The notes beneath the pieces were generated by a model. That model was not told where the DNA came from. It saw only the letters and a list, made by a program, of their open reading frames with translations, and did no database searches. Of a stretch of 64,000 nt of DNA, positions 28,322-36,671 are shown in pieces. The number at the start of each line of letters is the position of its first letter. Within the stretch, counting starts at the first letter, position 1. The translations under genes were made by a program, and so were the position numbers. The DNA is taken from the sequence record NC_016571.1, one strand, 5' to 3'.

Positions 28322-28773
28322 TGGATGAGCTTTATCATTTTGATTATGGCGTACTTATCACTTATGGTGAAGGGCCGTCGTGTAATGTAGCCGTGTTCCG
28401 TGATTACTGCTCTGATCCGGAAATGCTTACTTTTATCGGCGATCGTAAATTGAACTTCAACAATGTTCCATCCATTCCTGTTCCTAACTCATTTAAAGAG
28501 ATTAGCGAAGTGATCGATGGAGTAGAACGCACAACCAGTTTCTCACCAAGTCACGTTGCCCAAATACTGGATAAGCTGAACTGGGCTGGGTTCTGTTATC
28601 TCGAAAAGAATGATCAACGTAGAACAGCATTGGGAATTCTCCCTACGGTAATCTTTGTAGATACCGATCATTATATCGATTCAACCCACTGGGAAGAAAT
28701 CTCGACTCAACGCGCTATTGAGTTAATTAACCAACACACAACTCCTAAGAAGGAAGAGGAAAATGCAGCTTAA
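28321..28773 (+). CDS. Hypothetical protein
   Basis: TAATG coupling. Confidence 0.7.
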   Translation: MDELYHFDYGVLITYGEGPSCNVAVFRDYCSDPEMLTFIGDRKLNFNNVPSIPVPNSFKEISEVIDGVERTTSFSPSHVAQILDKLNWAGFCYLEKNDQRRTALGILPTVIFVDTDHYIDSTHWEEISTQRAIELINQHTTPKKEEENAA

Positions 28774-29221
28774 GTTTTTGTTTGGTACTGTTCGTGCTAT
28801 TCCTGAAGGATCAGAAGACATCATTGAAAATGTGAAGTTGAAAGACTTCCTGGCGTTGACCCGCAAGACAGATGTGTTCCAGCATTCTGATATGCGTTCG
28901 ATGGTGGTAATGGGTCTTTCCACTGGCGGGTTCGTTAAGAAACTCCATAACCCAGAAAGGATGGACTTCTACGGTGAATCAATTTCTTGTCGTGTCAGAA
29001 CTGATGAAAGCATGGATCCTATCTATGCTGAGTTAATCAAGACCGGGACCTGGTGGAAACATGAATTCCAACAGCACAAGAAAACGTTTACTATCTTCGG
29101 GGTAACCGAAGCTGGGTTTAAACCTTCTTCCGGGGTAAGTGAGTTGAATTGGGTTGAGACAACTCATGCCGACATGCTAGATATTGTAAGGGCTGAAGAC
29201 GAAGCGTCAAACGGCTGGTAA
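28763..29221 (+). CDS. Hypothetical protein
   Basis: GAGG RBS; last gene before a bidirectional terminator. Confidence 0.7.
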   Translation: MQLKFLFGTVRAIPEGSEDIIENVKLKDFLALTRKTDVFQHSDMRSMVVMGLSTGGFVKKLHNPERMDFYGESISCRVRTDESMDPIYAELIKTGTWWKHEFQQHKKTFTIFGVTEAGFKPSSGVSELNWVETTHADMLDIVRAEDEASNGW

Positions 29222-29230
29222 ACAAACATA

Positions 29231-29262
29231 AACTCTACTCACCCATTTGGGTGAGTAGAGTT
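29231..29262. terminator. Bidirectional terminator hairpin (CTAC/GTAG family)
   Basis: 14-bp perfect stem AACTCTACTCACCC-attt-GGGTGAGTAGAGTT between convergent genes. Confidence 0.85.
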
Positions 29263-29288
29263 GTTAACATATATGTTTTATTTTGGTT

Positions 29289-29891
29289 TTACGGTACTGC
29301 TTGAACGTCTTCGATAACATACAGATGTCCGGCCAAGGCATCTATATTGAGCGCAGTAATACCGAATACACCAGAGTTCCAACTTACCATATCAATTGGC
29401 TGGTAATCCGTTTCAATGGTATCCCAATAGATATCACCCATCAGCTTCATTGCGTTATCAGGGTTGACATCATCGCGCTCCATCACTAGTCCGTATTTGG
29501 ACGTTTCAGTAATGAAGACCACTCCAGCTTGCTGGTTACCATTTTTAATCGCACCAACTAAATCCATAGTAGTTGCATGAGTACGAATAGTGACTGCGAA
29601 CTCTTCAAAGATGAGAGATACGTCTACCTTCTCAACTTCAAAGTCGCCGCGCAGGAAACCAGTCTTACGGGATACGAAACAGGCAAGCTCGTTGCCATTA
29701 CTAAACGAAACCGGAGGCTCAATGATAACGTCTTCGGCTGTCAAGCCGGTATAACGTTTCTTCGCCAGTTCGAGTTCGCTACTAGGTCCTTGTGCTTCCA
29801 GTTTTCTTATGCGTTCTTCCATCCATTTACGAGCGGATAAGAATACAGGATCTTTGACCTTTTTATTGTTCACGCCTGTGACAACAATCAT
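29289..29891 (-). CDS. Stand-alone copy of the fibre N-terminal anchor domain (200 aa)
   Basis: KDP.F...RI..LE...ELELA..RYTGL.A.D..IE.P.SF..G...C.VSRKTGF.R.D.EV shared with the N-terminus of the 4079-aa protein. Confidence 0.85.
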   Translation of the reverse strand: MIVVTGVNNKKVKDPVFLSARKWMEERIRKLEAQGPSSELELAKKRYTGLTAEDVIIEPPVSFSNGNELACFVSRKTGFLRGDFEVEKVDVSLIFEEFAVTIRTHATTMDLVGAIKNGNQQAGVVFITETSKYGLVMERDDVNPDNAMKLMGDIYWDTIETDYQPIDMVSWNSGVFGITALNIDALAGHLYVIEDVQAVP

Positions 29892-29973
29892 GAGTCATTA
29901 CCTATAGGTGAAAATTAAAACGATTGGATATCCAAACGATTCAACCGTTATTTAATTTGTAATAAATTACAAG

Positions 29974-29994
29974 CAGATATTATCCTTATGTAGA
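29974..29994 (+). promoter_or_regulatory. Putative early promoter, copy 2
   Basis: CAGATATTATCCTTATGTAGA. Confidence 0.65.
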
Positions 29995-30026
29995 CAATAT
30001 TAATGAAGTTAATAGAGGATTAAAAT

Positions 30027-30464
30027 ATGGCTGTTCTGATTGATGGGATTACTTTGGATGTTGATCAACTTAGACGCATACAGATGTTGTACGGTTCAAT
30101 CGAAAAGATGAAGACCTATCCTTTCTGGATTGAGTGCCAACAGAAACATAAGTATTTAACTGACTTGATTGAGAACATCAAGATAGGTCGCCAAATGGAA
30201 AAAGATAATACTCCTCGTTGGAATATTTTATCGCGTTGGATAGTGAGTCCATTAGGTACCTGGGGGATGAATAAATTTATCATCCCTCGTATTGAGAAAC
30301 TCAAAGAAAAATATCAAACCCTACTCACCCTTCCAGCTGGGTTTGCTGTCTCCGCCGCCAATGAAGAGTTCGATAAGTTCATTGAAGAACTCGGTAATTT
30401 CATTGCTGTCACTAACAAAATAACTGGAATTAAGGACGACCCTTATGTCAAACCAAAAGCTTGA
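30027..30464 (+). CDS. Hypothetical protein
   Basis: GAGGA RBS; first gene after the promoter. Confidence 0.75.
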   Translation: MAVLIDGITLDVDQLRRIQMLYGSIEKMKTYPFWIECQQKHKYLTDLIENIKIGRQMEKDNTPRWNILSRWIVSPLGTWGMNKFIIPRIEKLKEKYQTLLTLPAGFAVSAANEEFDKFIEELGNFIAVTNKITGIKDDPYVKPKA

Positions 30465-30855
30465 TTTATCTAAACCATTTGTAGCTGATCGTTCAGAAAT
30501 TGCAGCTGATGTGATTAGCGATCTTTGTAACCATATCGAACACGCCCAGAGCATTTTCAAACTGGCTCCAATTTTTCATATTGGTAAGTTCTTCTCATCT
30601 CTCGGAATGAAACTGGATATTAAGAAGGCTGTCTCTGTTTCTTACCAGCTGCGCGAAATCAAGTTATGGTTGGCGGATGGCCAGAGAAGTAAAGACTTCA
30701 GTGATACACATGAATTATTATGTGAACTGAATGACCTCCTGGAAGAGAATAAGGAACTTCTGATCAGGGTGTTCGAGCCAGTTGCCATCGACTGTAATTT
30801 ACGGGTTGATGGGACAGAGTTATTTAACGCAACAACTTATGGAGGGCAGATATGA
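30445..30855 (+). CDS. Hypothetical protein
   Basis: AAGGA RBS; overlaps its neighbours. Confidence 0.7.
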   Translation: MSNQKLDLSKPFVADRSEIAADVISDLCNHIEHAQSIFKLAPIFHIGKFFSSLGMKLDIKKAVSVSYQLREIKLWLADGQRSKDFSDTHELLCELNDLLEENKELLIRVFEPVAIDCNLRVDGTELFNATTYGGQI

Positions 30856-31406
30856 ATACACTTTTCTGGGCCGATGGTCATGTTGATCATTTAGCAGCAG
30901 CGAAACGTAGAGGGTTTGAAACTCTTCGTGAATTCCAGGAGAAGTTTGCTGATGGGTGGTGTAGCAAGGCAAACAAGAACTCTATCGTCTACTGTGTGGG
31001 TGATATGGCTCTCTTCCATGAGGGATTAGTTTTCCTCAAGAAGTTACCTGGTAAGAAGATCTTGGTTATGGGCAACCATGACACCGAGCGTCAAAACGAT
31101 ACTCGCGATCTGTTAGAAGTTTATGATGAACTCGCTGGGTTCCATAAACATAAGAAGTCCCCATTGTACATCGGACATTGTCCAAGTCACCCGTCCCAGT
31201 TACGTGGCCGACTAATGGTACATGGGCATACTCATACGGACATTATTCCGGATGAGCGATACGTTAACGTCTGTTGGGATTTACTCCAAGACGGCCCCGT
31301 ATCGATTGAAGATATTGTGTCCGGGAAATATAAGTCCTGGCGTAAACCCGATTTATTTAAGGAGCATCAGCACCATGATAAAGTTCATCGACCGAATGTT
31401 AACTAG
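30852..31406 (+). CDS. Calcineurin-like metallophosphoesterase
   Basis: DGH, VGD, GNHD, H and HGHTH motifs in canonical order. Confidence 0.9.
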   Translation: MNTLFWADGHVDHLAAAKRRGFETLREFQEKFADGWCSKANKNSIVYCVGDMALFHEGLVFLKKLPGKKILVMGNHDTERQNDTRDLLEVYDELAGFHKHKKSPLYIGHCPSHPSQLRGRLMVHGHTHTDIIPDERYVNVCWDLLQDGPVSIEDIVSGKYKSWRKPDLFKEHQHHDKVHRPNVN

Positions 31407-31584
31407 CCTATATATCTATAGCACTGCATTCTGGTTTATCTCTCTGGGTTTGCACATCTTTAAGCCAAGCCCTAAAACATCAACTTTCTTCTTTGATGTC
31501 GCTGCACCAGTGACGTTAAGTGTGGTGGCTATCGCTATGTGTCACTGGGCTTACCATTACCGGAAACTGTTGAAAGGTAGTTAA
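31375..31584 (+). CDS. Small 2-TM membrane protein
   Basis: AAGGAG RBS before MIKFIDR (start corrected from 31222). Confidence 0.65.
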   Translation: MIKFIDRMLTSLYIYSTAFWFISLGLHIFKPSPKTSTFFFDVAAPVTLSVVAIAMCHWAYHYRKLLKGS

Positions 31585-31812
31585 ATGTTCATGCGCTTAA
31601 TGAAGTTGACCTACATCCTGTTAATACTTATGTTTGTGGGTCACTGGATTTATCTGAACGTTGGAACCATGGATGAGGAATTCCGTGGGTTTTTATTTAA
31701 GGTAAATGTAATACTAGGAATTGCTATTGCTTACCTAACCTACGCATTCATTATGAATAGCGTAGAAACAACCATCCAAACTGAAGAAGAGGATTTTCAT
31801 GAAAACTCGTAA
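31585..31812 (+). CDS. Small 2-TM membrane protein
   Basis: Two hydrophobic helices and an acidic tail. Confidence 0.7.
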   Translation: MFMRLMKLTYILLILMFVGHWIYLNVGTMDEEFRGFLFKVNVILGIAIAYLTYAFIMNSVETTIQTEEEDFHENS

Positions 31813-32044
31813 CGGCGAAACCGGTATCTCTAAACGTTTCAAGTGGATCTCCGGTATTTACACGGTAATCATCATTGCCATCATTCTGTACATCCTGGCT
31901 GCCGATTGGTTGAACTATGCGGCTAACCCTACACTGATCAAATACCATGACAACCTTTTGTTCCCACTTTGGGTACTGATGGTCGGTTATGAGTTCGGTG
32001 TGCGTCGCACCTACAAAAAGCTAACCGCCCGATGGAAACATTAA
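31799..32044 (+). CDS. Small 2-TM membrane protein
   Basis: GAGGA RBS; two hydrophobic helices. Confidence 0.7.
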   Translation: MKTRNGETGISKRFKWISGIYTVIIIAIILYILAADWLNYAANPTLIKYHDNLLFPLWVLMVGYEFGVRRTYKKLTARWKH

Positions 32045-32274
32045 AAGAACTGGGTAAACTGTTGGATGAGATGCTGACTAGATTGTCAGCACTTATCTTA
32101 ACCGTTGCGCTTGCAGGAACATTGTTCTGGCCAATAGGACCAGAAGAATGGTGGGATCGTTTCCTCAAGTATGTTTACATGGGAGTTGGTGGCGTGGCGA
32201 TATATTTGGTCGCCCCTATCATCTACTATTTCTTTAAAGCAGCTTATTACGACTGGAAATTAAAAAGGCTATGA
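32032..32274 (+). CDS. Small 2-TM membrane protein
   Basis: Two hydrophobic helices; overlaps the thyA start. Confidence 0.7.
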   Translation: METLKELGKLLDEMLTRLSALILTVALAGTLFWPIGPEEWWDRFLKYVYMGVGGVAIYLVAPIIYYFFKAAYYDWKLKRL

Positions 32275-33449
32275 AAAAGTATAATCGTTATGAAGCCTGG
32301 TACATGGACCAACTGGGTAACATCATTGAGAACGGGCAACGTCGTGGGGATCGTACAGGGACTGGTGTTATTTCACAGCCAAACCTCAGTTACACCCATG
32401 ACCTCCGTGAGTCGTACCCATTGATGTTTGGTCGTCAGTTTGTTTATGATCAACCCATCACTGAAATGATCTGGATGATGTCGGGTAGCTCCAATATCCA
32501 ATATCTGAAAGATAACGGTTGTCCTTTCTGGAATGGCTTTGCTGTTAAAGATGGTCAGGTGACTGAAGCTGATCTGACCCGCATGGAACGACTAAAGATC
32601 TTGGCTGACCAACGTGGGATGCCATTGAGTCAAGTCGGTACCTTATTCGGTAACATCCCTCTTGCAGAGATCGATGAAGAACTGGATAAGCAGCAGATTC
32701 CAAATATGGTAAATGCTGCTGTGGGTAAGATTGGTGAATTAGGTCCTGTGTATGGGGTTATGTGGCGTTACTGGCCAAACCCTGATGGAACTACATTCGA
32801 TCAGTTGGCGTACGCTCTGCGCGAGCTACAAAAGAACCCTAACAACCGTCGTATAGTAGTAGACTGCTGGAACCCAAGTTTCTTACCTGATCCGAAGATC
32901 AAACCCGCCGATAACGCAGCAAAAGGTAAAATGGCATTAACACCGTGTCACTTTGCTTTTGGTTTCTACACATGGGAAATTCCTTTCCATGAGCGGGCTG
33001 AACTTCTGATTAAAGAAATGGGTGCCGAAGGTAATAAATTCTACCCAATCCGTAACGAAGATCGTTCCGATTACGAACTTTTGTTTGAGATTCACGGTAT
33101 CCCTGAGTATTACCTGGATATCAACTTTACCATGCGTAGTAATGACTGGATTCTCGGTCAACCTGCTAACATGAACATGTATTCTGCAATGAACATTATG
33201 TTCGCCCAGCAGTGTAACATGGTTCCTCGCTTCGTTAACTATACGGGCTGGGATTCTCATGTTTACACCAACCATCTGGAAGGTGCTGCTGAATTGCAGA
33301 AACGTTGGGAAAGTGGGATTTACAAATACCAGACTGTTGGGATGCATACCAATAAAAAGGATGACCTCTTTGGTTACCATAAGTCTGATTTCCAATTAAT
33401 CGGTGACTATAATCCTGGAGAAAAGATTAAGTTCCCAATCGCAATTTAA
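32271..33449 (+). CDS. thyA: Thymidylate synthase with two large insertions
   Basis: DRTGTG, LGPVYG..WR, NPNNRR, catalytic PCH, RSND...GQPAN, DSHVY.NH. Confidence 0.93.
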   Translation: MKKYNRYEAWYMDQLGNIIENGQRRGDRTGTGVISQPNLSYTHDLRESYPLMFGRQFVYDQPITEMIWMMSGSSNIQYLKDNGCPFWNGFAVKDGQVTEADLTRMERLKILADQRGMPLSQVGTLFGNIPLAEIDEELDKQQIPNMVNAAVGKIGELGPVYGVMWRYWPNPDGTTFDQLAYALRELQKNPNNRRIVVDCWNPSFLPDPKIKPADNAAKGKMALTPCHFAFGFYTWEIPFHERAELLIKEMGAEGNKFYPIRNEDRSDYELLFEIHGIPEYYLDINFTMRSNDWILGQPANMNMYSAMNIMFAQQCNMVPRFVNYTGWDSHVYTNHLEGAAELQKRWESGIYKYQTVGMHTNKKDDLFGYHKSDFQLIGDYNPGEKIKFPIAI

Positions 33450-33455
33450 TTAACT

Positions 33456-33487
33456 AGGAACAGGGATCCATTAGGGTCCTTGTTCTT
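33456..33487 (+). terminator. Hairpin after thyA
   Basis: GGAACAGGGATCC-atta-GGGTCCTTGTTCT. Confidence 0.6.
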
Positions 33488-33499
33488 GAGGTATTGCAG

Positions 33500-33775
33500 A
33501 TGGACGTCTTACACGAAATTATAACACTCTGTACTGAAAACCCAGACGTAGCTTTTAACATGATCGTTTCAGTCATCTTCTTTTTAGGAATGGTTGATAC
33601 AGTTCATGAATATAGTTATCCTGGTGGTATCCCTGCGCGTGACCGTAACTTAGCCGGATATAAATTAAAAGCAGTCGGCTTCTTTACATTGATGTATATT
33701 GGTAATACTTTCCGCTACTTCGTTATCGCCGTTGCGGTAGTCTCCGTAGTCTCAACTATCTATCTCATTATGTAA
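33500..33775 (+). CDS. Small 2-TM membrane protein
   Basis: GAGGT RBS before the ATG at 33500. Confidence 0.7.
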   Translation: MDVLHEIITLCTENPDVAFNMIVSVIFFLGMVDTVHEYSYPGGIPARDRNLAGYKLKAVGFFTLMYIGNTFRYFVIAVAVVSVVSTIYLIM

Positions 33776-33784
33776 GGAATTAAA

Positions 33785-34675
33785 ATGGATCTCCAAGATA
33801 TTAAAAACGTTGCTGGTGTGGCTTATGTACAAACTCGCCTGCAAGCGTTGCTGGAACAGCTGAACCCATTGATCTTCTCGATCAACGAACCTATCGTCGT
33901 TGACGGGATGTGCGGGAATAATACAATCCAAGCATTAAGTAAGTTAGCTCATTTCTATTATGGTGTACATGTCGCACACCCAGCTATACACGAATATGTA
34001 TATGGAATGAACACCATACAGCAGTGGTACCGGAATTTCCATCATCAGGTCAGTGTGAATAATGTCACCACTATTGCTGATTTTGGTATTGCTTTCCACG
34101 ATCCGGAAATGGATGGTAAATGGGGTAAGGATACCAAGGCATGTTTCGACATTATCTTCTCCGACATCGCAGTGGGTAAGAGAAAAACCGGTGGGGCGGA
34201 TCCTAACAAACACGCCTTCCATACATTTTCTGTGGCCAGTCAGAATGACTCTAAATGGGTAGTGGAATCTGAAGCATTACTTCGTAGTGCATTGGCGGTA
34301 CCTGTAAACACCATGGTTTCTGTCTCTCTACTTACGCCTTACAACGTGGTTATCTTTGCGCGCGATATCTACGAAGGTAAACCACGTGGTGTTCTTGTTG
34401 CTCGTAAAATAACTGGTAACTGCTCAGTATCCAAGTTTGCCCAAGACGAATTATTCATTACTGGCCTGCACGTTAATCCTGATCTTGAGTGGGACGATGT
34501 TGCAGAAGGAATGATTAGTAAACTCCTGGAGGTGAGTAAATTTGGGGGAGTTAAGGAAATATCACACGCTCAAACTTTCCAGCGTGGTCCCATGTCTAAA
34601 AGAACAGAAGAACTTTTAGTCTCTAAGTTCTCATTCTACAAAACAGGTCACGGAACAGTAACGCGACGTGGTTAA
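33785..34675 (+). CDS. PG-binding-like N-terminal domain fused to a degenerate GNAT-like domain
   Basis: VVDGMCGNNTIQAL and MDGKWGKDTKA fit the PGBD DG..G..T..A motif; the C-terminal LFITGLHVNPD...MISKLL...FSFYK has a GNAT-like pattern. Confidence 0.6.
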   Translation: MDLQDIKNVAGVAYVQTRLQALLEQLNPLIFSINEPIVVDGMCGNNTIQALSKLAHFYYGVHVAHPAIHEYVYGMNTIQQWYRNFHHQVSVNNVTTIADFGIAFHDPEMDGKWGKDTKACFDIIFSDIAVGKRKTGGADPNKHAFHTFSVASQNDSKWVVESEALLRSALAVPVNTMVSVSLLTPYNVVIFARDIYEGKPRGVLVARKITGNCSVSKFAQDELFITGLHVNPDLEWDDVAEGMISKLLEVSKFGGVKEISHAQTFQRGPMSKRTEELLVSKFSFYKTGHGTVTRRG

Positions 34676-34682
34676 CATATTT

Positions 34683-34710
34683 CCCTCTACTCCTTAACGG
34701 GAGTAGAGGG
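34683..34710 (+). terminator. Terminator hairpin (CTAC/GTAG family)
   Basis: CCCTCTACTCCT-taac-GGGAGTAGAGGG followed by a T-rich tract. Confidence 0.8.
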
Positions 34711-34753
34711 TTATTGTTGTTCTTATTTTCTTTTGGATTTCAGTTGAAATAGA

Positions 34754-34780
34754 TTTCAGACCTATATTACCTAAGTGTAA
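34754..34780 (+). promoter_or_regulatory. Putative early promoter, copy 3
   Basis: TTTCAGACCTATATTACCTAAGTGTAA contains the exact phiKZ-type TATTAC. Confidence 0.8.
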
Positions 34781-34837
34781 ATACAATAAGTATTAGTTAG
34801 GCTAATACATTCACCTGCAAATTTAAGGAACAACATC

Positions 34838-35188
34838 ATGGCTAACAACTTCGCATTCGTAAACCACTATGAAACCCGTAACGCTGCTGGCGTTGCTTTC
34901 ATCAAATCTCGTCTGGTTGCTCTGATCAACTTCTCTTCTGAAGAGAAAGAAGATGAAATCGGTTCAGTAACTATGAACGCTATCCGCACGATCGCTCGTG
35001 TTGCTTTTGGTCGTATCCCATTCGGTCGCACTGAGTTCAAATCTAACTCAGTTGAAACCTTCCAGAACTGGTACAACGATTTCGCTGAAACTAACAATCT
35101 GAAATCCATCAAAGTTACTGGTGTATGGAACGAAGAAACTCAGATCGCTTTCGCTTCTATCGCTGATAAGTACGAGGGCACTCTGTAA
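34838..35188 (+). CDS. Stand-alone PGBD-like protein, paralog of the N-terminus of 33785..34675
   Basis: RNAAGVAFIKSRLVAL vs KNVAGVAYVQTRLQAL; FQNWYNDF vs IQQWYRNF; VTGVWNEET vs MDGKWGKDT. Strongly biased codon usage. Confidence 0.75.
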   Translation: MANNFAFVNHYETRNAAGVAFIKSRLVALINFSSEEKEDEIGSVTMNAIRTIARVAFGRIPFGRTEFKSNSVETFQNWYNDFAETNNLKSIKVTGVWNEETQIAFASIADKYEGTL

Positions 35189-35234
35189 TAAACAACGTAG
35201 TTAACTTAACCAAATTCTAATAAGGAATATCGAA

Positions 35235-35411
35235 ATGACTCCATTCATCAAATCTGTAATCATCACTGTAATTGTTATGGCTCTGATCATCATCGGAAAT
35301 GTATTCGGTACTCCTGCATTCATCGCTGCATCAGTAGCAGTTGCCGCTATCGCAGTAGTTCTGTCTTACTATGTGTTTGATGGAATGATGGCGGCATTCA
35401 GAAAGTGTTAA
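35235..35411 (+). CDS. 58-aa 2-TM membrane protein (missed by the ORF track)
   Basis: AAGGA RBS; MTPFIKSVIITVIVMALIIIGNVFGTPAFIAASVAVAAIAVVLSYYVFDGMMAAFRKC. Confidence 0.8.
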   Translation: MTPFIKSVIITVIVMALIIIGNVFGTPAFIAASVAVAAIAVVLSYYVFDGMMAAFRKC

Positions 35412-35416
35412 TAAGA

Positions 35417-35448
35417 ATCCCATCCTAGTTTAATACTAGCGATGGGAT
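35417..35448 (+). terminator. Terminator hairpin
   Basis: ATCCCATC.CTAGT...ACTAG.GATGGGAT followed by a T-rich tract. Confidence 0.65.
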
Positions 35449-35489
35449 AACTTGTTTACTTTATTTTATTTTTGTTTCAAGGATCCATA

Positions 35490-36179
35490 ATGGCTAAGAA
35501 AGTTTTACTTGCAGTTGACATGGATGACACGTTAACTGAAACTCGTCTTATAATACTGAAAGATATTTATAACCGACTTATCCAAAATGGTCGTTTAGCT
35601 GAAGCGACCTATGTTAATCAAAATTATCACATCTCTCCTTTACTCTGGAGTAAAGAAATGTGTGATGTTGTTTATGAGTACGTAATTGAGTCTGGCGATT
35701 TCATGTGGTGTGCGTCGCCCGCTAAATTAGTTAGAGACGGTCTGGCTGATTTACTGCGTGCATTCAGCGACCACCAATGGGGACCTTATTTTAAATCAGT
35801 TGTCTGTACGCACCGAGGATTCCATAAGAGCGGGTTACTGGCGACAACTGACTGGCTGATTCGTCACAACTGTGACGATGTGTTCTCTGAAGTTCATGCG
35901 TTAGATCCCAAAGAACATCCTAACAAGATTGACTTCTTGCGGAAAGTTTATCCTGATTACGAAATTCTGTTATTGGATGACAATCCATTCCATGATCCGC
36001 ATCTGGTTCATCCATACTCAGATGAAGTTCTGATTGTTGAAACAGAGCACGCCCTTCCTGGTTACGTTAATCAGGAGAAGTTTACAGACCTGGACGATCT
36101 GAAAGTCCGTATCATCCGCAAGATGTTTGGTCGGCGTGGATACGAGAAACTCATTAAACAGTATGCTGATATCGCATAA
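35490..36179 (+). CDS. HAD-superfamily hydrolase (5'(3')-deoxyribonucleotidase-like)
   Basis: LAVDMDDTL (DxDxT motif I), CTHRG (motif II), K and LLLDDNP (motif IV). Confidence 0.75.
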   Translation: MAKKVLLAVDMDDTLTETRLIILKDIYNRLIQNGRLAEATYVNQNYHISPLLWSKEMCDVVYEYVIESGDFMWCASPAKLVRDGLADLLRAFSDHQWGPYFKSVVCTHRGFHKSGLLATTDWLIRHNCDDVFSEVHALDPKEHPNKIDFLRKVYPDYEILLLDDNPFHDPHLVHPYSDEVLIVETEHALPGYVNQEKFTDLDDLKVRIIRKMFGRRGYEKLIKQYADIA

Positions 36180-36188
36180 GGAAACACC

Positions 36189-36671
36189 ATGGGTGTTGAA
36201 ATAAGAATCCTCACTAATGATGATCTAAGAACTATTCCCACCAGAATCAGTTCAGGGATTATTAAGTTGGTAAAAGGATTAACAGAAGTTGAGCAACCTT
36301 TAACCCGATTTGACTTTGAGCGTGTCCCAAGTGAGGTTGCTACCTATGGGCTAGATTTCTATCTTGCTCCTGGTAACATAATGACCATTGCTTTAAACAC
36401 AGTCACATCTGAAGTATTGGGGATGGTCATTAATAAGATCAATGACGTAGATCACTTGAAGGTATCTGCGTTATGGTATCTGTATATCGTTCCAGAGTGT
36501 CGTGGTAAAGGTCTTGGTAGACAGCTTATGGAATCTTCGGAAGAGATGTCTCGTCGCTTAGGAGCCAACTCAATGCTTCTGAGCGTATTACCCGATAACC
36601 TCTCTGCAATCGAGTTCTATAATGAACTTGGTTATAAACCACAATTAATCAATTTAGCTAAGGATCTCTAA
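36189..36671 (+). CDS. GNAT family N-acetyltransferase
   Basis: LYIVPECRGKGLGRQLM (motif A) and DNLSAIEFYNELGY (motif B). Confidence 0.92.
   Translation: MGVEIRILTNDDLRTIPTRISSGIIKLVKGLTEVEQPLTRFDFERVPSEVATYGLDFYLAPGNIMTIALNTVTSEVLGMVINKINDVDHLKVSALWYLYIVPECRGKGLGRQLMESSEEMSRRLGANSMLLSVLPDNLSAIEFYNELGYKPQLINLAKDL

Noticed and set aside
30852-31406. Metallophosphoesterase as an anti-CBASS/anti-defence nuclease
   Set aside because: Known Acb1 is a 2H phosphoesterase, a different fold; nothing in the sequence specifies a cyclic-nucleotide substrate.
21821-33449. Introns, inteins or homing endonucleases in nrdB or thyA
   Set aside because: Both ORFs are continuous; the thyA insertions lack intein C/S...HN or LAGLIDADG/HNH signatures.
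32271-33449. dCMP hydroxymethylase (modified-base system)
   Set aside because: The specificity residue is Asn, DHFR and tdk are present, and no glycosyltransferase or other modification genes are in the window.
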